A stretch of 64,000 nucleotides of DNA from Tetramitus jugosus (lineage: Eukaryota; Protista; Heterolobosea): contig OW569381.1 of assembly GCA_937625935.1 (NCBI GenBank), positions 186,001-250,000 on the forward strand. Reading direction: 5' to 3'. Within the stretch, counting starts at the first letter, position 1. The number at the start of each line of letters is the position of its first letter. The notes beneath the pieces are model-generated. The model was not told where the DNA came from. It was given only the letters and a program-made list of their open reading frames with translations, and ran no database searches. The position numbers and the translations under genes are program-made. Below are positions 35,470-45,100 of this stretch, in pieces.

Positions 35470-35634
35470 GATTGTTGTTGGTTTGTTAATCGCTGTGATT
35501 GTTGAATTTAGCCGACCAGAAACTTCAGCCGAAAAACATTTGTGCGGTTTTATTTACAATGATGATGTGCTCTCTTTGTTGAAGGAGTTCTTAATTTTGG
35601 TCGAGTGGACAATGACCACCGGATGCAGAGGTTC

Positions 35635-36366
35635 CTACAAGAATTCTGCAACCTTCTCTTTCATGTCTTCTTCATAGATTTCCTCTTCTTGTTCTTCTTT
35701 GCTAATGGGTTCCAATTCTCGAATTAATTGATCCAACAAGTCCACACGCGTAATAATTCCCACAACCTTCTTGGAAGAGCCACCAGAGTTGCCAGATAGC
35801 ACCACGAGAGCTCCTCTCTTGCTCACTCTCATGAGCTTTGCAGCAGTGAGAATACTTTCATTCTCCGTCACTGTATAAACACTTTTGCTCATGCATTCAC
35901 TGACCTTGTGCTCTGATAACTTCTTCATGACCTCATCTGATTTCATTCCCTGGTCGAAGAGCGGAGAAGCCGACGCCAATCTCAAGTCTCTCTCCGAGAT
36001 GAGACCGACCAATTCTCTCGTGTGTTTTGTCACAACCGGAAGATGATGAATATTTTGAAACGTCATCATTTGTAGTGCTCGATCCAGTGTACGATTCGGC
36101 TCAATCGTCAAAAGAGTCTTCCCTCATTGATTGGTTGTCATCGAGGTTGACCGGATGTTAGTGTCACGTAAAAACAGTGGAATTCTTGAAAAAACAAGGA
36201 ACAATCTCATCAGTGTGATGCTTACCTGATGCACAAAAAGATCTTTAACGCGTTTGTAGTCTTTGGAAGAGAAAACCTTTCCCAGATTCTGATCTTTCAT
36301 TGTGACTGACTGATCCATTCTTTCATGGATTGGCACGTGTTCTGTTTCTGAACTTGTGGAGGACAT
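35635..36366 (-). CDS. CBS-domain pair protein, 2 exons (36366-36226, 36117-35635)
   Basis: HHLPVV...LVGLISERDL and VVGIITRVDLL. CAG|GTAAGC donor, CTAAC branch point and AAG acceptor give an in-frame join. Confidence 0.85.
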
Positions 36367-36472
36367 TGGTGATTAGATGAATAAAAGAAGAGATTGCTCG
36401 TATTGTTTCTTAGAACCAGAATACATCCGAAAATACAGCAAGTCCATTTTGGGCAACCAAAACCTCAAAACA

Positions 36473-36544
36473 GGGGACAACGGAGAATCGAACTCCGGAC
36501 CTCTCGCACCCAAAGCGAGAATCATACCACTAGACCATTGTCCC
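36473..36544 (-). tRNA. tRNA-Pro(TGG)
   Basis: Minus strand: acceptor GGGACAA/TTGTCCC, D arm GGTCTAGTGGTATGATT, anticodon arm CTCGC-TTTGGGT-GCGAG, T loop GTTCGATTC, TTTT downstream. Confidence 0.97.
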
Positions 36545-36573
36545 TTCATATTGACATTTTCCTTCATATTCTC

Positions 36574-36598
36574 CCTGATCAAACTGGGGGGGAATCCG
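36574..36598. repeat. Two overlapping TSD left copies (CCTGATCAAACTGGG and TGGGGGGGAATCCG)
   Basis: 36574-36588 is repeated at 37899-37913, and 36585-36598 is repeated at 37798-37811. Each right copy directly follows an A17 tail. Confidence 0.93.
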
Positions 36599-37797
36599 AG
36601 GAAAAAAAAACAAACATTCCAATCAGAGAATGTATTTCAGTCAAGCAACAGGCTGGAACACGCTAAGCACTCTTACCTGAAGTGGTGTGCGCTAAGAATG
36701 CACAGATACAATATCAAACTAGGGAAGGAACGGGTCTACAACAACTGTGATGACTGCAATATCGCACGATATGCCATCAGTTATCCTCAAAAGGCTCTAC
36801 CTTGGTGGTATTACAAACAGGGACCAATTGGTCCTGGACAACAAGCTCAAAAGTCTGAAGGACATCAGAATTGAATTCCCGGGGTGCAAGATCGGGACAA
36901 GATCTCATGAGATGCTGAAAATCATGGTGTCACAAATGAACGGTTGTGAGTGTCAATCACAAAGGGAGGATCCCTCCAGCAGTAACGCAGAATCCCTCAT
37001 GATGGGGGACTCCCGTATCGAGAGCAGAGAGCAGCTACAGTCAATGATGGATCAACAAAGGACCGAAAGAATCTCGGGAATGGGGCTCTACTGGCTGCAA
37101 GCTGATGCAATACGAAGCGGAGCTGACTTCAGCTTTCTGAAGTACCCACACAAGATCAATAGGCAAGTGGAGTGGTTCTATGCTCAAGTGCGTAGCGGTA
37201 CTCTTCACACAAAAGAGACAAAGCGCTGTCTATATGGCAAGGATGAAGTGATGGAAAGATGTGAGCGATGTCTCAAAGAGCCAGAGACGATACAACACTG
37301 TCTCATACGTTGTCCAAGGGCCATCGTGCGCCGAAGAAGACTGGCATTGTCAGTAGGTAAAGACCTTGACAAGCTGGGTATTCATCATAAGCAGCAAATC
37401 AATATATGGTTTGATAATGTTGTGTGGAAGGATGGTAAAATCTCTGTGAGAGAAAATCGTAAGACAAGCAAGGAGTTCCTATCTGGTATGATGGGGGTTG
37501 AAAATGAAGCAGTGGAACAAGTAACAAAAGGTTTGAGGATGAACGGTGTGAAGAAGGTCATGGCGGAAAAGAAAGCAAAATCATTCGTGAACAGGGTGAA
37601 GAGGAGGTGCGTCGACACCCTTCATCGCCTATTCATCTCCCACAAGGAAGACACATAACAATGACGCTCTACGAGCGTCATTGTGAGAAATGAAAAGTAA
37701 CGGAGGAGATAACGCTCTTCGAGCGTTATCCAGTGTAAATAGTCAGAAAATAAAATCGGAGCAACCGAAATGGTTGTATTAAAAAAAAAAAAAAAAA
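36599..37797 (+). mobile_element. Non-LTR retrotransposon copy C (5'-truncated ORF2 3' end + 3'UTR + A17)
   Basis: Closely similar to copy A positions ~905 to 1. CCHC knuckle, stop at 37658, hairpin-rich 3'UTR, AATAAA, polyA and a 14-bp TSD. A 2-nt deletion frameshift lies near 36771. Confidence 0.95.
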
Positions 37798-37801
37798 TGG
37801 G

Positions 37802-37898
37802 GGGGAATCCGTGCCGGTGCAGAGCAGCATCACTCCCAGTAACAAGGTGAAATGAATAAAGAGGCAATTCATGTTGTATGGAAAAAAAAAAAAAAAAA
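37802..37898 (+). mobile_element. Copy D: ~80-nt 3'UTR-only retroinsertion + A17 (extreme 5' truncation or SINE-like)
   Basis: Ends TGAATAAAGAGGCAATTCATGTTGTATGG(A)17, matching the copy B end TGAACAAAGTGGCAACAACTGTTGTATGG(A)n. 15-bp TSD. Confidence 0.85.
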
Positions 37899-38098
37899 CC
37901 TGATCAAACTGGGTGCCAGGACCTGTCACATGTGCTGTGGGCCCGGGTAACACAATTGAGTCTGTGTCTACAGAACATTGGCTTCTTGGATTTCACTCTA
38001 TTTCTACAATGTTCACACGGTTGAGAAAAAATCGACTTCTCGGCAAAACAACAACAAAAAACTGGAACTAAAAAGAAACACAAAAAACGTGATGAGAT

Positions 38099-41000
38099 AT
38101 GCTGAGTAAAGTTGCAACTCTGAAAAAGAGCAAGACCAAAGAGGACCAGAACTCCTCCCAACAACATACCAATGTTGATGGTGATGATGATCACGATGTA
38201 CCAATGGATAACAATCAAGAAGAAGAAGCACAAAAATCAACAGAAGATGTGAGAAAACAAGAGGAGGCAGAACAACAAGGAGAAGACTGTGGATTCAATG
38301 TTTGGCAAAGAGATCCAGAGAAAGAAAGAGATAAGCTTTTGGGATTTTTTGTAATCTCTGGTCAACCGATTCCAAGAGACATTTTTCATTCAATCATGTC
38401 ATTCATTCCTGCTTTTCCATTCTACTTCATGTTGAGATCAGTGTGCTCCCAATGGCTCTATGAATTCCAAGAACAAGTGTATGGCAATGTAACGTATTTG
38501 AATCTGGTGGATGATGGAAGGCCAAAGTTTTACGTGAGAGAGGATGATCAAATTGTTCAGTTTAAGCCCATTGGTGGAACTGGAAAGGGATATCAAATGT
38601 CCTCCATTAGATCCGATTACTCCATTGGATCCTATTATCGTAGAGGTCCCATTTTTGACTTCTTGGGAAATGTGTTTTGTAATGTGAAGCACTTAAAGTT
38701 GGGTCTCGGTTCATTCTTTGACGCACATAATGATTTTTTGTTGTGTGTCAACCATTTGTTGCCAAAGTTGAATCAACTCGAAACATTGGATATTCTGGGA
38801 ACGAAACAATCATATTGTCCTCGTCACTATTGGCATGAATATTCAATCAGCGGAACTCAACTGGCGGCTATTGCGCACTCGTTACCCAGTTCAACAAAGA
38901 ACCTAAACTTCATTGGCTTGACTCTACCCTATGATGATACCCTCAAGTGTTTCGAATTGTTCACAAAGAAGATAAGGAATGAAGCCAATGCATCTGACTA
39001 TCAGGAGTTTGAACTAGATTCGATAGAAGTTGATATTCAAGGTTTAACCTTTCGCTACGCTCGTTTAGTTTATGGTCATTCCCACATCAATCTGAATACA
39101 ATAGACCGCCTCAAAGGCATATTCCCCCGTTTTGAATTGTCGCTCATAGAGCCGGAAAAAGATGGTAATCTTTTTCTCAGTAGTTATTCAAACCTACCAT
39201 TTGTTTCATATGTTGAATATCTGCACTATATGTCAAAGGTTGAGGGAGTTTGCTTGTCACACATCGAACAAAGACAGAGAAATTTAACTGATGAAATGAT
39301 CGAAGCGACGGTCGATATTGTTGTTCGTGAATATCCTTCCTTCCAACCTTTACTCACCTCATCGGTGGAGAATAAGAATCTGTTCCAATTGAAGCCCTAT
39401 ATTAAGCTTGACCCACAGTTTGTTTGTAGGATCTTCAATGTGATCAAGATGTTGGAGTTATTAACAGATCCTAGCCGAATGAAATATCCAGAGTTAGTTT
39501 TAGATATCAATACGACGTTTGAAAATTCTTACGGGCTATCATGCACCCTCTTGGGTCTCTTTATTGCAGATTGTTCCACCGAGGGATTGCTCTCAATGAT
39601 TAAAACTATCATTGAGGACTTTAAACCTGAGTTGGCAATCAATGGAGTTCGAAACCTTTTGTTGGAGGCACTTGAAGGACAGGAAAGCTCGCCAGTTCGA
39701 TTCAAATTAGTTCAATATTTATTATCATTGAAGCCTGATTTAATATCCCTTGGCGACTCTGAGGGAATAATCAGAAATGATCAAAAAGAGCTCCCACTCA
39801 TTCAACAAATTCTATCGAATCCCAAGTCCGTCTCTAGTTTGGATGATATCGAATATTTGGTGGAAAAGGGAGCCTCACTCACCATTTTGGACAAATCTGG
39901 TAACAATGTGCTTCACCCAGCTTGCTCTGCTAGGCAACTAGACATTCTTGAATACCTCATTTCAAAGTGTCCCGAAGATGTACTTTATGTGAAGAACAAA
40001 ACCAATGAGACGCCTCTCCAGCAAATGTTCCTTTCTCCAAAAGGAATTCATAATGACTTTTTTACCCACACGCTTGGTCAAGATTCTCAAGAACAGTTTC
40101 TGGAAGCAATTTCCAAGTTGTCTTGTTTTTCTCAGAGTCAATCACTTCAAAACTATCCCACATCATGCGGCACTCTGCTCCATGCAGCCTTAATGCGTCC
40201 CCGACCAGCAACAATTCGGTGGCTGCTGAACAATGGTTTCGATGCGAACTCATTGAATGAGGAAGGAGAAAATTCCTTGTTCTTTGTGAAGCATGAGAAT
40301 CCACAACTTATTCAGTTTAATACTTGGGGCAACTATTCCAGTACGAACCAAAAAGAATATGTAGACGAAATGGGTATTGAATTGATCAAGGCTGGTGCCA
40401 AAGTTGATATTCAGAGTACCAAGGGAGATACTGTTGTTACAGCAGCGCTTCGGAACGGAAATTATCCATTGATTAACTACATGATGTTGAATCCATCTAT
40501 TTCCTCGAAACCTCTATCAGAACTCTTGAGTCCAAGAATGAAACATGGCCTCAATCCATTGCACTATTTGTTCAAATCCATTGTGGATACAACGAATGAA
40601 CTTTCTGGAATGAACAAACGGCAGAAAGTATTTACATACGGAACTTATCCTGTGGCTCGACACTGTGCACTTCTCTGTCTAGAGCATTATCCTGAGATGC
40701 TGTATGAAAAGTCTGAGGCATCAACAGAAAGTGACCTTGAGGAAATTTCTGGTTTGAGTCCTCTTCAAATGTTGCTCGAAGCTGCGAAAGGAATTCAATT
40801 ATTGAATGACTTTTCAATCAAACTAAGTGATATTGCAAATAAGCCAGTATTTTTCAGCAAAGATCCAGCTGAAGTTGTCCCTGTGCCAGTGATGTACCTT
40901 GCCTTGGAAGTGGCGGTTGATATTCCATTGTTTGACAAATTGATGATTCAAACTCATAATGTATTTCTAAGGGATGAATCTCAAGATTTTAAACCCAATC

Positions 41001-42139
41001 TCTTACACATTGCAGCCGAGAGGGATGCCTCTCTATGTGAATGTATAATCAAGCATTGGAAGAAGAAGCTTAAAACAAAAACAGAATTGGCCAAAATGAT
41101 CAGTCAACCACTAGAAAATGATGTAGTTGATGGGAGAAAACCAAGAAACGCTGCAATACTTGCGTGTGAGGCGAATCTGATTGATGTATTTGCAATTCTT
41201 TGGCCATACGCCAGTTCTTTTGCGGATCAATTCGACTGTCCAGTTGAAATTGCTTTGGCAAATAAGCATCATGATTTTGCATTGGCTGCTGTAGTTGAAC
41301 ACAATATTGTGCCATCAAAAGACCAATTACATCAAATCATTCGAAGATGCTTAGCTCAGGATAAACTGAAAGCCGACCATGAGAGCAAATTTGTTACTCT
41401 TATGATTGCCACTGAAGAGAAACAAGCTAAACCATCTTGGCTTGAACTGATGACTGAGACACCATCTGGGGATATCGATTCTGATGAACCAAATAGTTGC
41501 AATCACCGCAGTACCTTGCAATTGTTAGTTTCTGGTATGGGCAGTTACGTGCTCGATTGGCTTGTCCGTCATTACAGCAAAGATCCACTTTCGGATCGTG
41601 CAATGAAGTCTGTGGACCTCAAAACAGGAGACACACTCTTGCATTTACTGACAAATTATTCTAAATTGAGATTTGTTGGTAATGAATCTGCTTCTATCCT
41701 GCTCTCCATTGCTAAGCTATTTAGAGCAGATAATGTTCAGAATGTTGAAACACCAAAGAGAGCAAAGCGAACCAACACAAGTCCACCTCATCTTGAGAAT
41801 ATGAAGATGGAAGAGTTCGCCAATTTTATCAACATTCAGAACAAGAGAGGCAGAACTTGTCTCCATAATGTTGCGATTCACAATTCACAAGCCATTCTTC
41901 AAGAACTACTTGAGTTTGGGGCCAGCACCGAAGTTAAGGACTTGGATGGCAAAACACCTTTGGAATTAATGAGCAGCCAATCATTAATTGATCTTACAAA
42001 CAGATTCCTGGACAAGAAAAATGGAAAGAAGCCAACAACAAAGAGAAAGAAGAAAGCAGACTCTGAATCTGATGATGAAGATGATGATAGGTCTTATGGA
42101 ACGCGCTCCAGCAAAAGAAGAAAGAAAACACGAACATAA
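38099..42139 (+). CDS. F-box/LRR-like/ankyrin-repeat protein (paralog 2)
   Basis: Collinear with 18691-22506; same F-box sequence and multiple ankyrin repeats. Confidence 0.9.
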   Translation: MLSKVATLKKSKTKEDQNSSQQHTNVDGDDDHDVPMDNNQEEEAQKSTEDVRKQEEAEQQGEDCGFNVWQRDPEKERDKLLGFFVISGQPIPRDIFHSIMSFIPAFPFYFMLRSVCSQWLYEFQEQVYGNVTYLNLVDDGRPKFYVREDDQIVQFKPIGGTGKGYQMSSIRSDYSIGSYYRRGPIFDFLGNVFCNVKHLKLGLGSFFDAHNDFLLCVNHLLPKLNQLETLDILGTKQSYCPRHYWHEYSISGTQLAAIAHSLPSSTKNLNFIGLTLPYDDTLKCFELFTKKIRNEANASDYQEFELDSIEVDIQGLTFRYARLVYGHSHINLNTIDRLKGIFPRFELSLIEPEKDGNLFLSSYSNLPFVSYVEYLHYMSKVEGVCLSHIEQRQRNLTDEMIEATVDIVVREYPSFQPLLTSSVENKNLFQLKPYIKLDPQFVCRIFNVIKMLELLTDPSRMKYPELVLDINTTFENSYGLSCTLLGLFIADCSTEGLLSMIKTIIEDFKPELAINGVRNLLLEALEGQESSPVRFKLVQYLLSLKPDLISLGDSEGIIRNDQKELPLIQQILSNPKSVSSLDDIEYLVEKGASLTILDKSGNNVLHPACSARQLDILEYLISKCPEDVLYVKNKTNETPLQQMFLSPKGIHNDFFTHTLGQDSQEQFLEAISKLSCFSQSQSLQNYPTSCGTLLHAALMRPRPATIRWLLNNGFDANSLNEEGENSLFFVKHENPQLIQFNTWGNYSSTNQKEYVDEMGIELIKAGAKVDIQSTKGDTVVTAALRNGNYPLINYMMLNPSISSKPLSELLSPRMKHGLNPLHYLFKSIVDTTNELSGMNKRQKVFTYGTYPVARHCALLCLEHYPEMLYEKSEASTESDLEEISGLSPLQMLLEAAKGIQLLNDFSIKLSDIANKPVFFSKDPAEVVPVPVMYLALEVAVDIPLFDKLMIQTHNVFLRDESQDFKPNLLHIAAERDASLCECIIKHWKKKLKTKTELAKMISQPLENDVVDGRKPRNAAILACEANLIDVFAILWPYASSFADQFDCPVEIALANKHHDFALAAVVEHNIVPSKDQLHQIIRRCLAQDKLKADHESKFVTLMIATEEKQAKPSWLELMTETPSGDIDSDEPNSCNHRSTLQLLVSGMGSYVLDWLVRHYSKDPLSDRAMKSVDLKTGDTLLHLLTNYSKLRFVGNESASILLSIAKLFRADNVQNVETPKRAKRTNTSPPHLENMKMEEFANFINIQNKRGRTCLHNVAIHNSQAILQELLEFGASTEVKDLDGKTPLELMSSQSLIDLTNRFLDKKNGKKPTTKRKKKADSESDDEDDDRSYGTRSSKRRKKTRT

Positions 42140-42170
42140 ACAAACCTGTTGTTTTTGAAAACTCCTTTAA

Positions 42171-45100
42171 TCACTCAATTGCAGACGTATCTTCTTTGCT
42201 CTGTCTCCTCATTCGTGGTTTTGTTGCGTGATGATACATGGCAGAAGACACAGAGCTCCGTCTCTGCAATAGGGAAGGATCAGGCAGTTCGTGCGTGTGT
42301 CCGGGCATGGCAGATGAGACGGAACTTCGTCTTTTGGCTATCCTGGGGTGATCATTATTTAGAAAATCAACCTCTCTGGGAATCAACACCTTGTTTGAGG
42401 ACTTACTCGACTTGCTGGACGAGTTGGAGGCGTTCGAAGAGGACCGTGATCTTCCGGAATCGGGTATAGAGATGGTTGTAGCATGAGTTGCTGCTTCCTC
42501 TTGTGAGTTTGCTTGATGAGTTTTTAGGAAATCTTCAATCTGAGCTAACTTGTCACGATCGAATTGATTGTCGATTGGCCGTGAAGGAACATGAGAGATT
42601 TCGTTCATGTCATGGTACCCCATTCCAGCGCTATCCATACAATTGGGTGTGAACAATAATTGGTTCGCTTGCCTCTCATATGATTCAAGCTCATCGTATA
42701 CCCACTGCACATCTTTGTTACAGGCAATCATAATATTCTCGGACTCGGAGAGAATAGAGAACTGGCTATCGGCTTGAATCACAAACTCTGCAAAGTTTGG
42801 ATCCCCAAGCTCAACATCCTTATCCTTCTCATGAATCAGGCGATTCAATCTCTCTGCTCCCTCCAAAATATCGATGCAAATTTTTTCTGCACCCAAATAT
42901 CGATCATAGTAACGTTTCAATTTCTCGATATACGTGCTCTGTGGATCTCTCGAAGTGTTCTTCAAATGATCGAGCTTCTCGCAGCAATAAAGAATCTTTG
43001 TTTTTAATATATTGATCATTGCCTGATTCTGTTGCTCCAACAGGAACAAAACACGGTCATGATAACTTTGCGTGCACTGATCAAATATTTGACTGTATCC
43101 CTGATCTCTCTCTGCTAATTCGGACAAGATGATATTGCGTGAATAATCAACGAGCTCAGCCAAGACTCCCATCGTTGTAACTTGGCTTCTAGATTGCGTG
43201 TTTCTCCTCTTGACCTCATCTGCCTTGGCCTGAGCAATAACTATTCTCAACTTCTCCTCTAGATCCAATTTCTCGCCTGAAACATGTGACAACTTGGTTT
43301 GAACTTCATTCAACTGACTCGTAACTCTCGCAAGGCGAAGCTCCAACTCATTTTTCTCATCTCTCAACTGTGTTGCTCGCTTTTGCAACACTCGGCAATG
43401 CTCGTCGAGAGTCTGAATTCTACTCGTGTACTGCTGCTGTTCGTTCGCGATTCTCTGTGTCAATTGATGGTTGATGGGAGAATGAACCCCATGAATAGGG
43501 GCGCCTACTGACTGCTGGCAATGATGAAAGAATCTTTGTACAGTATCTAATCCAACATGTTTTCTTCGTATGGCCACAAATTGTCTTTTCTGGTTATAGT
43601 AGTGAACAAGTCTGCGAGCAATTTCCATCTTGGCTAAAATGGTCGATGTTCTCTGAGATTTCGTACTCTCAAGATTCAATTGTTCCTCGAGAGCTATTAA
43701 CTCTTTATCAATCTTTTCAATCGAATCACTGACCTGAGGTTGCTCATCAAGTTTGACCTTGAATGTAGAGACAACTTCGGTCGCTATTTTCACAATGGCA
43801 CCAGAACGAGCTGGATTGTCAAGCTCCTTTGCTCTTCCAATACTCTTCAAGAGTGTGATCAATTGAACATGATCATTGTGCGTTCCAACCATTGTGTAAC
43901 TAAAGAGATCAAACAACGTAGCTGGATCACCACAATCAGGCTCGAGCAATATGCCTTCAATAATCTTCTCCATGACTCGAGAGATCAAAAATGCGTGTCT
44001 GAATCCTACTGATCGATTATTAGCTCCAACATAGGTCCATCCTCTGCCACTCACATCATCCTTTAGCATGGAACAAAACGTTTTCCATAGCTCAGTCCTT
44101 GACTCCAACGGCACATACTCTGCAGCGTTCTCAATCTCACGAATGAGTACACTTTGAGAGGTGATGGTTGAAAAATTGAACGAGATTGGTTTGTCTCGTC
44201 TATATTGAACAGAAGCACGTGGCACATAGTATGGTGATTGGTCCTCTTCGACTTCTTCCTCTTCATCATCAGTCCACACATCATCACCATGAGGTTCAAT
44301 TTCTCCACCCAAGTTCTGCACGCTCTTTGATTGAGACAATGGTGATTGTCTCATCTGTTGTTGCTGCAACTGCTGTTGTTGCTGCTGTAGTGGCTGAGAT
44401 TGTGATAGTTGATGCAGCTGCTGTTGCTGTGGAATCGTCTGCATTGGATAGGATGGACTGGTTGTCCTGTTATTGAACAATGCGGGTGCATTCTTGAAGC
44501 TCGATGTCGATGTAACAGACAATGGAGAAGCATCTGTTCTCGGAGAATTGTATCCAAACTTGAAGCTCTCCAATTTCTTCTGCAGAATGGGATCGCCATT
44601 TCCTTTCGCTCCACCACCACTACTAGCTCTAAGTTCTGATGTGGCAGGTCCAATTGGAGACGATTGTGTCTGGATGACATCCACACTCTCTATCCTGTGC
44701 ATGATCTCATGTTGATCATCTGATTCGTCATTGGTCGTACTTCCTCCATCGTCATCATCCGATGCCGTCAAAAATCCACTATTGTTATTGCTATTACTGC
44801 CACTGCTCATGTGTCCTGCATCACTTCTCGAAGCAGGAAACTTGTACTCTTCAAACACTTCTTGCAAACCAGTTGTCGTTGGAGAAACAAGATTATCAAA
44901 CGGATCCACCACAACAGTCATATGATCTGTAACTTCTTGTTGTTGCTGTTGCAGTGGAGTGGATACCTTGACAGCAGGAGCTCCAACAGCAACAACAGGA
45001 GACATTCCTTGAGAATTCGCAACAGGCACTTGATCAATAGCACCACCACCACCACCACCACCACCACTACTACTACTCGTACTACTTGTTGATCCCATTA

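Noticed and set aside
36373-36874. ORFs spanning tRNA-Pro (and similarly 28515-28733 and 4317-4532 over the other tRNAs)
   Set aside because: Chance frames across tRNA genes and element junctions. Only the part of 36377-36874 after ~36610 is LINE ORF2.
37911-37953. GC-rich imperfect hairpin after the TSD
   Set aside because: Pairing is weak and there is no second copy in the window, so no call can be supported.
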